Shown: positions 50,098 through 62,431 of the stretch, piece after piece
Layout: each line of letters opens with the position of its first letter
Position numbering within the stretch: position 1 is the first letter of the stretch
NCBI GenBank assembly: GCA_951406725.2
Contig: OX597831.1
Coordinates: 36,394,001-36,458,000 of the forward strand
Direction of reading: 5' to 3'
DNA: 64,000 nucleotides
Source of the DNA: Octopus vulgaris
Lineage: Eukaryota
The notes under the pieces: generated by a model
Told to the model about the DNA's origin: nothing
Seen by the model: only the letters and a program-made list of their open reading frames with translations
The model's database searches: none
Made by a program: the position numbers and the translations under genes

Positions 50098-51125
50098 TAT
50101 ATGTATGTGTGTGTGTGTGTGTGTCTGTGTGTGTACGCGCGTATTTTCTCTCGCTGTGTGCACGTATGTGATTTGAAAGGAATGTGACTGTATTTTTAGC
50201 AGGTCGGGTAACCATACAGAAATCCATTTATTGATTTCTTAAATAAGAGTTTTATCATATGCTCGTCTCTTATGAATTGATCTACCAAAACCATCTTTCA
50301 TCAAACCGACTAACAGAGACAGATATATATGGATGGAGGGATGGATGGAGGGGTGTATGGATGGATGGATGGATGAAAGGATGGATGTAGACGCTTTTTT
50401 TCTCTACTGCACTACCAACTATATAAAGAGCACGCAAACATGTTGAGAATTAGATAAATGTAATTTCTGTAGTCAAAACCGTCTTCCAAAAACTTCCATT
50501 TTCAAAAGAATTTCTGGAAGACAAAAATTGCTTTTTTCAAAGAGAAAATGAGAAGAAATAAAAATGAAATAAGATAAAACGCACAGACGCGCCCGCACGC
50601 ACACGCACACGGGCGCAACCGAATTGGAAAATATTTGAAATTTGTGATGATGAAAATGGTGATGATGATGATGATGATGATGATGATAAAGATGGTGGTA
50701 GTGGTGGTGATAATGATGGTAGAGGTGGTGTGATGATGATGATGATGATGATGATGGTAGAGGTGGTGCTGACGACGATGACGACAATGAAAATACGGAG
50801 AGATACTCGCACACATACACACGGAATAATACTGTAGGATTTTCCAATATCCAATTGTGTGCAGTTTCCAAACAAGGTTAAAAGTAATCGATATACATCT
50901 ATAACATCCATAATATTATTGATAATTCATAATTGAATGATTTTTTTTTGTACAATAACGTTTTTTTCTGAATTACATATCAAACACACACACACACACA
51001 CGCACACACGTACCCGTGTATACACATACTCAGGTACACATAAGTGTACGAGCATACAGTAACACAATTTTATGATTATACACAAACGTACACACGCACA
51101 TATGTGTATATATATACATACTTAC

Positions 51126-51164
<39 letters not shown>

Positions 51165-51182
51165 TATATATATACATATAGT

Positions 51183-51214
<32 letters not shown>

Positions 51215-51569
51215 TATATATACATAGATATATACATACACATAGGTACACACATACAAGTGAGTGGACATATGAAAGAAAGTGGTACTCCACATATTTA
51301 CTAGGGTGACATAAATCGGCTGTAGTTACTATGGGCAGCAGGTATTATATACCCTGCACTTGTGTATGGGTCATCAGAGGTACGCTATGTTAATGAACTT
51401 CAAGTGTCTGGGAGACCGATAGAATAAGTACAAGGCTTACAGAGAATAAGTCCTGGAGCCGATTTGCTCGACTAAAGGCGGTGCTCCACCATGGCCACAG
51501 TCAAATGACTGAAATAAGTAAAAGAGTATAAGCACGATGCTTATACTATAACAAATTACTATAACAAAT

Positions 51570-51948
51570 GGAGGCGCAATGACCCAGTGGTTAGGGCAGC
51601 GGACTCGCGGTCGTAGGATCGCGGTTTCGATTCCCAGACCGGGCGTTGTGAGTGTTTATTGAGCGAAAACACCTAAAGCTCCACGAGGCTCCGGCAGGGG
51701 ATGGTGGTGATCCCTGCTGTACTCTTTCACCACAACTTTCTCTCACTCTTACTTCCTGTCTGTTGTACCTGTATTTCAAAGGGCCGGCCTTGTCACTCTC
51801 TGTGTCACGCTGAATATCCCCGAGAACTACGTTAAGGGTACACGTGTCTGTGGAGTGCTCAGCCACTTACACGTTAATTTCACGAGCAGGCTGTTCCGTT
51901 GGTCGGATCAACCGGAACCCTCGTCGTCGTAACCGACGGAGTGCTTCC
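51570..51948 (+). mobile_element. SINE family C
   Basis: Full length; TSD ACTATAACAAAT at 51558-51569 and 51949-51960. Confidence 0.9.
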
Positions 51949-53464
51949 ACTATAACAAATAGAGAGTATAATAAAAATTTCATCGGATTCCAGGAGGGAA
52001 AATATATTCATAAAGTTTGGAAAGAGCAAAACTTTGAAGAAGGAAAACAAATTTTGGGGAAAAGCATCGATATTTGATATACCGCATCATCTTGGAAAAA
52101 AAATTTCTTTTCCAAGAATATGCAGTATACTATAAAGTTATTCAGACAATACCATTTGCTAACGAACAAGTTTATTACTTACAATCTATGTTGAATGTTT
52201 GTTGATGAACATAAGATATCTTTTTGATCTGTTAATGGTTGAAAATGCTTTGAAATTAACCATTTTTTCCCACTTTCTGAGACTCGATAATGGCAATTGT
52301 TTCCTTCCAATCGAAGAATGCATTTATTCTCGAATAATTAGTGTCTTTGAAGAATAAACTATGCGACAACTATTTTGCAACAATACACCAAAATTTGTCA
52401 CCTAAGAAGCATCGTCTTATAAAATACAAAAGTATTTCATATCAACTACCTTTTATCTGTTGTTTGTTTCAGTCATTAGACTACCGCCAGTCTTAGGCAC
52501 CACTTTGAAGAGATAAACTCTTAGACAAGTTTCCATACAGTTGGATTGAACTGAGAACCACGCGGTTGCGAAGCAAACTTCCTACCATACAGCCATGTCA
52601 GTGCCTTAGAATATATGATCTGAAATTATAAAAGCCGCTGTTGATTCTTTTGAACGAAAATGAGAAATTCGTAAACGTGGCTTTATCGGAATAATGTGGT
52701 ATCTACCTGCAACTGTATGAGAATAACTAACGTTATTAAAAGAGGTGTATTAGTTAAATTGCTAAAGCATCGTCACATAATAACTTATAATATTTCTGCC
52801 AGCTTTCTACATTCTAAGTTAAAATTTTGCTGATGTCTGCTTTGCCTTTCATCCCTCCAGAGTCGATAAAATGTAATCCTAGACAAGTACTAAACTTGAG
52901 GGTATCAACTAACACTTTTCTCTCGAAATTGCTGGTACCATGCTTAAATCAGAGACCATTATAAAACGGTTGTGGATTGGATATTTCTTCCTTTTTTTAT
53001 GTTCTTAGATCAAGTACTGCCGAGGTCAAATATGTATTTCATTCTTACAGAGTCGACGAACTAAAATATCAGTCAACTATTAGAATTGGTGGTCCAAGCC
53101 TTGTGCCAATATTGGAAAGAATTAAGAGAACGTTTTTGCTTCTAACTTTTCTGGATTGGGTTTCAATGTCCTATAAATATTTTCGTATTTTCATGAATGG
53201 ATATTTTCTATGTTACACATATAATTTTACAAATTTAGAGTAAGTTGACAGTAAGTTGATACCTGTACAGTTTTAATAAAAATCCCTTCAAATATAAGGT
53301 GTTTTATAATCATAGTAGTTAAGTCACAAAATGAGAGCGTAGGTAAAGTACCATAATACTGAATATGTACTTCTATGGAAGGCCATAAAATTACATAGAG
53401 ACCATCTATTTTGGAAAATCTGATATCATTATAAGCATTACTGTTTAGAAGTAAACATCACAAA

Positions 53465-54081
53465 TCTTTTCTACTATAGACACAAGGCTTCAAATTTTGT
53501 GGGGTTGGGGCCAGTAGATTAGATCGACGCCAGTACACAATTGGTACTTAATTTATCGACCCCGAAAGGATGAAAGGCAAAATCGCCCTCGACGGAATTT
53601 GAACTTAGAACGTAGCGGCAGACGAAATACGTATTTCGTTACTACCTACAAGGGGCTAAACACAGAGAGAACAAACAAGGACAGACAAACGGATCAAGCC
53701 GATTACATCGATCTCAGTGCGTAACTGGTACTTAATTTATCGACCCCAAAAGGATGAAAGGCAAAGTCGACCTCGGCGGAATTTGAACTCAGAACGTAAC
53801 GGCAGCCAAAATACTGCTAAGCATTCCGGCCGGCGTGATAACGATTCTTATTTCTTTACTACCCACAAGGGGCTAAACATAGAAGGGACAAACAAGAACA
53901 GACAAACGGATTAAGTCAATTAGATTGACCCCAGTGCGTAACTGGTACTTAATTTATCGACCCCGAAAGGATGAAAGGCATAGTCGACCTCGGCGGAATT
54001 TGAACTCAGAACGTAGCGACAGACGAAATGCTGCTAAGCATTTCGCCCGGCGTGCTAACGCTTCTGCCAGTTCGCCGCCTT
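53465..54081 (-). mobile_element. Head-to-tail trimer of family A SINEs
   Basis: GGTACTTAATTTATCGACCCC occurs three times (about 53543, 53727 and 53944). Confidence 0.9.
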
Positions 54082-56070
54082 AAACGTCACAAATATTAAT
54101 AACTCTAATTACTTGCTTTTGTGTCGAAGAAGCCAAAGTAATGATAGAAATAGGTGTAAAAAGCCAATTTCACATTAATGCCAAAAGAGGTACGAATGAA
54201 ACGTTATGAATTTCCTGAATCAGTTAAAGTATCAGCATCTTTATTATTTATTGTATTTGTAAAAATTTCCTTGCGAATAGAAGTTGAAACTGCTGCAAAA
54301 ATGAAAGTGGCACCTGACGACATGCTTAGATCGGTATAATGTTGAGTAGTAATGATGTAAATAACAAAGAGATAACTTAGCAGTGTAATTCTGTCAACTG
54401 TCAGTCTTACCACCGCCACAAAAACATTTGTAAGGCATTTTTGAAAGCGTCCTTCTGAAGAGAATCAACATTAATTTGATTATGTTGTAAATGTTTTACT
54501 ACCGCATTGGTGGAATATATTGTTAAAAGGGAAGTATGACAATTACCAGCGCTTCCTGTGTTGTACCATCAAACTTTAGTTTACTATTTTCGAGTATGCC
54601 TTCACAGCAACAGATACAGTAAGCTACAAGAGTCTCATTTGGTGACATGGTTTCGGAAATTATCACATGGTTCGTCGTCATCTTTACGGAGAAATACGAA
54701 GAGGTAGGCTGCGACCGCGCATTGGGATGCAGTCTACATAGATTCAGTTTTCGTTGACCTTCAAAGACTACAGAGCCGTCCTGGAGCTGACCTTCACCAT
54801 TGTTCTTGAAATTAAGCCATGAAACTAGTAGTACCAGGTTGGAAGCCCAGCTGCAACACATGAAATGATAAAATGATTTTCTACCTTGAGGTGGGAATCA
54901 GTGAACAACCGAAGAAGCAACAATATCAAGCTCCTGTACCCACTGTATCAAGAACTATTTTCTCTAGTGTAGGATTGTCTCAATAAACTATAAGTACCAC
55001 ATAACTTTTCCAAGAAGCAAACAGCAGCAAAAACTGTTTAAATCCTCGAACATTTGCTAATATGTATCTTGTAGATCAGCTTTTTTTTTTTTAATGTCTG
55101 AACAATTTTTTTATTTGCCTCAAACATCGTAAATAGAACGCATCATTGACAACACAAGTAGATTCCCCGAAGACATGTTGCTCAATTCTTTGTAATATTT
55201 CTGTAATGGAATGGTTTTTCAATGCAAATGACAAGCCGGCATATATAATCAACTACTTTGCCTTCTTATATTCTCCGAGAAGCAGAACACCAATTACTAC
55301 AACGAACGTGGTGGTGGTGACGGTGGTGGTTGTAGTGGTAATGAAGATGATGATGAAGATGTGGAGGATGATGGCAACAATAAAACCGGTAATCGTGATG
55401 ATTAAAATGAGCAAAAAATGACAAAAAAATAATGCATAAAAAGCTACATTAATACAACTGAAAAGACGTTCCATTCGATGTAAAAGAAAAGAAATAAGAT
55501 TAAAAACATTAAAATAAAATGAATAATTTAATATATAGCAATAAAATAAATTGTTGCTTTCATGTTTACATATGTAAGACACAGCAGAAGAACAATTAGC
55601 TGCTTAGAAGAAAACCAACCATAAAGATTCAGTGCTGTAATTTCTTCGTGACAAATGTGCAATGATATGGATAGAATACATGAAAAGACAAGATACTTCA
55701 TTAATTACAAGACTAGAATGGCAAATGATGCTTATAGTTTTAGTTTAAAAAGTGAATATCATAAGAAGATTTACTGATGAAAGAAAACCGAATTCTCTAC
55801 GTATCGATGTGCTGACGGCTATTTTGAACTCACTGCACAGTGGTAAGTTCACTGTTTTATATTTGTCAAATTTTTGCTAGCATTTAAGCTACACCGAGAC
55901 ATGTAACGTATTTCCATATCCAAAAGGATTCAAGGAAGAGGAAAATACATTCTTCTTGTTTGTTATAGTAACTTTCAGCGTAGGAATGTGGTTGATGAGG
56001 TGGAACCCATTCCCCGCTTCTCCTTGTTTTTCATACCGAATACTTCAAAATTTCTAAAAGATCTGTGTAA

Positions 56071-56480
56071 CAGGAGTGGCTGTGTGGTAAGTAGCTTGCT
56101 AACCGACCACATGGTTCCGGGTTCAGTACCACTGCGTGGCATCTTGGGCAAGTGTCTTCTGCTATAGCCCCGGGCCGACCAATACCTTGTGAGTGGATTT
56201 GGTAGACGGAAACTGAAAGAAGCCTGTTATATATATATGTATATATATATAGGTGTGTGTGTATGTGTTTGTGTGTCTGTGTTTGTCCCCCTAGTATTGC
56301 TTGACAACCGATGCTGGTGTGTTTACGTCCCCGTCACCTAGCGGTTCGGCAAAAGAGACCGATAGAATAAGTACTGGGCTTACAAAGAATAAGTCCTGGG
56401 GTCGATTTGCTCGACTAAAGGCGGTGCTCCAGCATGGCCACAGTCAAATGACTGAAACAAGTAAAAGAGTAAAAGAGAGT
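56071..56480 (+). mobile_element. SINE family B (tRNA-like head, internal TA/TG microsatellite, GTAAAAGA tail)
   Basis: Head GGAGTGGCTGTGTGGTAAG...GGTTCAGT and tail AAGTAAAAGAGTAAAAGAG; many copies in the window. Confidence 0.9.
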
Positions 56481-56652
56481 AACTTCAACTTTGTTAATTT
56501 CATTCATATAATCTCGAGACCCTTTGTTTGTCCTGTGCTGTTCCCTCTGTGTTTAACTCTATCTAGTTTGAGAAAATAAATTTGTTATAGTAACTATCTT
56601 AGACAATAAGACTGAATTTGTGATATTTAAGTTATTGTCACTATAATTAGTG

Positions 56653-57147
56653 CCAGGAGAAGGGGCAAAGGCGAGTCACTGGCGCCTTAAAACCAGTTGC
56701 TTCGGGTAGTTGGGACTCGATACCCTTGACTGGTAGCCCAACTAGGAGAGGGAAACTCCGATTTCAAACCTCCGCTGCCTTGCGGCAAGACCCCCACCCC
56801 CACCCTCTGGGGAAGGCTAAGGGAGTAAACCCCGACAGAAAATCCGGAGCTGGAGTCCCTAAGGCGGTCTGACACAACACGTCATCACCGGTAACTCCTG
56901 CGACGCATCTAGTACCAAGCTGTATCGACCCGTCGTTCCCTTGGAGCTACCAGCTGCGTGGAGAGGGGGGGATCAAACTGCATGGCCAACAGCTGATCCC
57001 TCATACAAACCTGCCCAGGCCTTTTAGCTCAACAGGAAGAGGGGTCTGCACAGCCACACCAGGAAGTGCAGATAAACCCACCATCTTTTCCGAGCTACAC
57101 CATCGTCTCTCGAGACGGACGGATGCCGATGACGACGACGACGACGA
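56653..57147 (+). mobile_element. GC-rich non-autonomous retroelement, probably RTE-related, with a (GAC)n tail
   Basis: Abrupt GC-rich island with CTAGGAGAGGGAAACTCCGATTTCAAACC (RTE 5' UTR-like), several stems and a (GAC)n 3' end. No ORF. Confidence 0.55.
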
Positions 57148-57499
57148 GATGAAATAGCGGAGCTGATGCACTACTATATCACAACTAAGTGGTTCGCTCT
57201 TGGAACATTTCACTTTTTACAAAAACAATTCCATTTTTTATATATTCACTTCAGCTTGACACACACACAAACATGTAGAGAAGATGCGACCTTTAAAACG
57301 AAACAATTATATAGAGAAAGAAATTGTAAAGATTATGAAAGATACTTCTCCAAGATGAATTCAGTTAGATCGTCGTGCATTTGTACTAAACTATAGTGGC
57401 AATACGAATACTCCACAATAATTATTGTGGTGTACGGGTGTTTGCTCATTCAGAGCGTGTCTGAGGAGAAGGCCATAAATGAAAAAGACAGTGATTTCA

Positions 57500-57850
57500 G
57501 ATTTTGGCACGAGGCCAGCAATTTCAGTGTTTAACTGGGACTTGTTTTATTGACCCCGGAAGGATGAAAACCAAAATCGACCTCGGCAGAATTTGAACTC
57601 AGAACGTAAAGACGGACGAAATGCTCTTTACTCTTTTTACTCTTTTACTTGTTTCGGTCATTTGACTGTGGCCATGCTGGAGCACTGCTTTAAGTGGAGC
57701 AAATTGACCTCAGGACTTCGTAAGCCTTGTACTTCGTAAGCCTTGTACTTATTCTATCGGTCTCTTTTGCTGAACCGCTAAGTTACGGGGATGTAAACAC
57801 ACCAGCATCGATTGTCAATCAATGCTGGGGGGACAATAACAGACACAGAA

Positions 57851-57899
<49 letters not shown>

Positions 57900-58055
57900 C
57901 GACGGGCTTCTTTCAGTTTCCGTCTACGAAATCCACTCACAAAGCTTTGGTCGGCCTGATGCTATAGTAGAAGACACTTGCCCAAGGTAACACGCAGTAG
58001 GACTGAACCCAGAACCATGTGGTTGCTGCTAACGATTCTTGCCAGTTTGTCGCCT
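57500..58055 (-). mobile_element. Family A-type SINE interrupted by a family B SINE (57626-58025)
   Basis: The A-type body breaks at GACGAAATGC and resumes at GCTAACGATTCT after the B copy. Confidence 0.8.
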
Positions 58056-58583
58056 AAACATGAAAAAGATGTTAAAGTCAGTCGTAAAATGTTGGGTAAC
58101 TGTTTTAGCATTTATGGAGAAAAATTTTGTATTTATTACTAAAGTATAGGTTTCAACAAGTTCAGAATTAATGTAAGTGTGTTTGGTATGCGTAAAGTAA
58201 AAGAAAACAATATGGTGCAGAAGTGAGACAACGAAACGGCTAAGTATCAAATGAACAGCGAAATAGTTGTTGTGCGAAGGTGTAGTAACATGTGAAAAAG
58301 CTGACTAGAAATAAGGGTGTAGAGGGTTATTAAGATAATATTGGTTAATAACTAATTTTTTTCTCGGCAAGTATGGGAGATAAGAACTAATATGTTTGGG
58401 TGTTATTTTAAACTACCCACGAAGTCAAAGTGGCGCGATAAAAGAATTATCAAATGCATGTGAAAAATTGCACGTTTGTTGCACAAATGTAGGGAAAATA
58501 AATAATTAACAAATTAAATAATTCAGAGACATCAATAGCAAAGAAGGATAATAGGTGGGATCATCCGGTATTAACTATAAACT

Positions 58584-58817
58584 AAGGCGGCGAGCTGGCA
58601 GAAACGTTAGCACGCCGGGCGAAATGCTTAGCGGTATTTCGTCTGCCGTTTACGTTCTGAGTTCAAATTCCACCGAGGTCGACTTTGCCTTTCATCCTTT
58701 CGAGGTCGATAAATTGAGTACCAGTTACGCACTGAGGTCGATGTAATCGACTTAATACCTATGTCTGTCCTTGTTTGTCCACTCTGCGTTTAGCCCCTTG
58801 TGGGTAATAAAGAAATA
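58584..58817 (+). mobile_element. SINE family A
   Basis: Full length; TSD GGTATTAMCTATAAA. Confidence 0.9.
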
Positions 58818-59116
58818 GGTATTACCTATAAATAGCTGACAAATCTCTTTCAAACCTGACCCTATTAATATTTATCGGTTGAATCAATTGTTCTTATTCT
58901 GCTTCAACCCTTATTCTTTTATTCCCATTATTCTGCTGTGAATCACAGAGTCAGTAATCTATCTTAGTCAAATGTTAGCATTTTAATATTGTAATACTGT
59001 GTACCAATCCTATTGGGCTCCTCGTCGTCCTCCTATTTCCCTTATCAAGTCTTTCTCCATATATTTCTCCCTCTCCCCTCACAGTGAAATTCACTTTCTG
59101 CCGATTAAAAATGAAG

Positions 59117-59557
59117 GGATCTTTTCGGTTTGAACGGCAGTTTTTTCTAGCGGGGTCTTATGAAATTGTCACCCATAATTACGACCCTAGTATCGATCTA
59201 TTGCATTTCAATCTGTTTTAGGGTTAGGGTTAGTTAGAGTTAGTTAGGGTTAAGGTTAAGGGTGGGGGGGAGGGTATCTTTTTTTCTTCACAAATGTAAA
59301 TAAACCCAATCTGTTTCTTAAACGAGGGATATATTCATACGGCACAGAATGTGATTTACCTCAATAGACATCAGTGATTGGTTGAAATTGCAGAAATTGA
59401 AGAAAAAACAACAAATATCTTACAAACTATAGAATTTTCTCAATAAAACCAAGAGAAAAAGATGTTTTATAAACACATTCTACCAGTATACGAAGTTTAA
59501 AATTTTTTAGTTACCTAGAAATTATGTTAAAAACTGCCGTTCAAACCGAAAAGATCC
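59117..59557. mobile_element. MITE with perfect 29-bp TIRs and an 8-bp TSD, carrying internal TTAGGG-like repeats
   Basis: GGATCTTTTCGGTTTGAACGGCAGTTTTT / AAAAACTGCCGTTCAAACCGAAAAGATCC; flanks AAATGAAG and AAACGAAG. Confidence 0.9.
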
Positions 59558-60734
59558 AAACGAAGTATAGAGACTGATTAGGATACCAAATGGTAGTAAA
59601 ATATTGAAGGAAATGAAGATCTGCAGCAATTCAAAGTACATAACATGTTTGTGGTCCATTGGCTTTGAAACGTTATTTGGAAAGAAATACTAAATACATT
59701 TGAGATGAGATCAGATTAATTTCTTGCCAAAAAAATTATTCTGAATGTGAAATTAGTTTTACTATCCCTTGCTGATTCGATGTTTAGTTCCGGATCTGCG
59801 GTCAAAAGCATTCCACCCACGGCTCTCCTGCCCATTTGTAGAAGATTATATCTTTCAATGTATCCTTCTCTAAGACAATAAGCTGAGATTTAGCTGCTAT
59901 TTTTAGTAGGTCATCTGAAATATTTTCAAAGTTCAAATACTCATTTCCTGAGTAAAACTGTAATGAGAATGAGTTTTTTTTTTTTTTTTTGCTTGTTTAT
60001 TTTTATTCTTACCTGGCTCGAAATGAAGATCGGTGTCCATGACTTTTGGGAAGTACCCATAACTCTTTGCTGATTAGTTGGCGGTAGGAGGTATTTTATC
60101 CTAAAATTGGAAACTTGACCCTGATGTTTGGAAGAGAAGAAAGCCTATTAAATGCAACAAAGAGCCCGAAGTTAGTGTTAAACAGCGTAACTGTACTCAG
60201 CAAATAAGATGACTACAACATGGTGTAGCATTGTCATTGAAGTTCGTTACTGTTGAATTAAGTATTGAAAGATATATTATTCGTCTTTCATACTTTGATA
60301 TTTAACAATGTTCTCCAATTGAACAATTTCTTTCCAAGCTCTCTTTATTCAATGGCTCCTCAATGTATGCTTCATAGAATATTCTACACAAATAGCATTA
60401 GTGTCGAGCATTCAGTACCTATGATAGCCAAACTTTCATTATCCGTGTATTGACAGCAACACAATTGATATTGAAAACTGCTGATCGTGAAGATGTCTTC
60501 ACTAGAACACAATAGCTGCCTTTCTAAGCTCAGCAGATAACATAGTTTAGCACGTTGCCCTCACTTAAAGCTACAAGGCTAAGATAATTGTCAACCCTAC
60601 ACACGTAGTCTTACTGTTCGCGGGTCACTTTAGTAATCTCCTTACCTATATTGCTTGACATTTTAATTCAGTCCTATTTTAGTTGTTTTTTTCTTCAAAA
60701 CAACCGGTCTTCTTGCTTCTCTTTTATTTATTCA

Positions 60735-60786
<52 letters not shown>

Positions 60787-60917
60787 GAGTGAGTGAGTGA
60801 GTGAGTGAGCAGTGCATGCCATCAAAGTGACACTGGGGTAAAATATACGAAGCCCAGTATCCCCATCATAACTAATCGTTTGATAAGAGTACACCAGGCA
60901 CATGCATCACAACCATA

Positions 60918-61021
60918 CGAGGGGTATGCGAAAAGTTTTGAGCCTTGAAGTTTTGTACCTTCATCAGAAGTCTTGTACCATGTTTTGCTTTTTGAGGCTC
61001 AAGACTTTTCATACACCCCTC
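60918..61021. mobile_element. About 100-bp mariner-type MITE nested in an older repeat (about 60810-61310)
   Basis: GAGGGGTATGCGAAAAGTTTTGAGCCT / AGGCTCAAGACTTTTCATACACCCCTC inverted ends. Confidence 0.65.
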
Positions 61022-61544
61022 CAACATGGTGATCTCATATCAAGATTAACAACGCATGACTGTGCAGGTGGGCCCAGTTAGAATTTTCTTCGGGTCGAGT
61101 AGCCCATCCCACTCAAAAGGTCTCTGAATAAGGATGTTGGACGAAAAACTCATGCTTCAAAAGGTGAATTATTCAAACACCAAAGAATTCCTCTCAACAC
61201 ATGGCTATGATGCTCCCCCGCTACTTCTGCTCGTGATCGGAGATGCACGTATCGTTAGCCACTTAGGGACATGCTCAACAGATTAAGGTGAAAAACGGAC
61301 AAGCAAACCTGGCTGATATGAAGGACTGGAAGTAATCTAAATATTGGAAAAGAGTTAGCTGTATCATAATGATTCGCCTCGGGTTTCAAAATTCCGACAT
61401 CAGAGCTGCTGTTGAATACTTAGTAAACACTGCAAAAACTGTAAGACGTGAAATGGACAGTCGCAACGGAGACGTCGAAACATAGGCCAGGAGGTAGGAA
61501 CACAGCGGGCGTTCTGGCTGGGTCTGCACGCCGAGATTCATCCT

Positions 61545-61705
61545 CACATCTTTGAACAGAGTCTTAGGCTCAGACGGGTATGAGAAGCTGCTGGAGACTG
61601 GTTAACACCTAGCTGGAGAGGGTTGTTGCTAAAAGGCCATGTATGAGGCAACAGAATTGGGCCTCTTACCATACCGCCGCAAAGAATCAGAAGTGATTAT
61701 CAGTG
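61545..61705 (+). mobile_element. Internal fragment of a maT/Tc1-like transposase
   Basis: Degenerate match to the PHIF...KLLET...WLERVVAKRP...QQ region of 48818-48990. Confidence 0.45.
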
Positions 61706-62431
61706 AACCGTTGGCAAAGTCGACCTCGGCGGAATTTGAACTCAGAACGTAACGGCAGACGAAGATACCATTAAGCATTTCGCCCGGCCTGCTAACGTTT
61801 CTGCCAGCTCGCTGCCTTTACAATATTTAATATTGCTGAAAGAGTCGAATTTTTAAATTCCTTTCTTATTTCACTGTTTCTTCATTCGATTCTTCGTGAT
61901 AAGACGGAAAGTAATTTTTAGTCGACGTTTCAGCCTAGATGTCTTCGAGGCTTCTTGAGATGCCGAAAGTAAATGCTTCGTGTTTAAATTCTAAATTCTA
62001 GTTTTGTTAGAAGACACTAATATACACACACGTACACACACGCACAAATGCTCGCACGATCAATAAAAGAATCAGGCTCATTATTAGATTCAACCCCGTA
62101 ATTATGGAAAATAGCCTGGAAATAACTTGTAATTGGTATATTATTAAATTCAGAATTATCACAGCAAATTTGTATTATTTCAGATGAACTGACGGAATAA
62201 TTTACAGAGAAACGTGTGTTTGTGAAATAGCTGAGTGAACGAGAGTTTTTGATCAGTTCAACATATCATCGTATCCCTTATGTTTCACCATGTTTATCAA
62301 GCGTTTAAAATTTAACTGTTATTACCAAATTGCATTAATCTAATTTCCCTGATTAACCAATTGAAAACTTTGACTGAACAACCAATCAAGAACTTAATGA
62401 TGATAACCTGCCAAACGAGTCTATTTTAATT

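Noticed and set aside
51570-51645. tRNA genes
   Set aside because: All tRNA-like segments are SINE or pLTR heads that continue into repeat bodies with TSDs and lack a proper acceptor stem and terminator.
54204-54861. Two adjacent minus-strand ORFs (71 and 112 aa) in unique-looking sequence
   Set aside because: No recognisable motifs or consistent splice structure; could be a decayed repeat.
59218-59270. Telomere or chromosome-fusion scar
   Set aside because: Only a few degenerate units, and they lie inside a TIR-bounded MITE.
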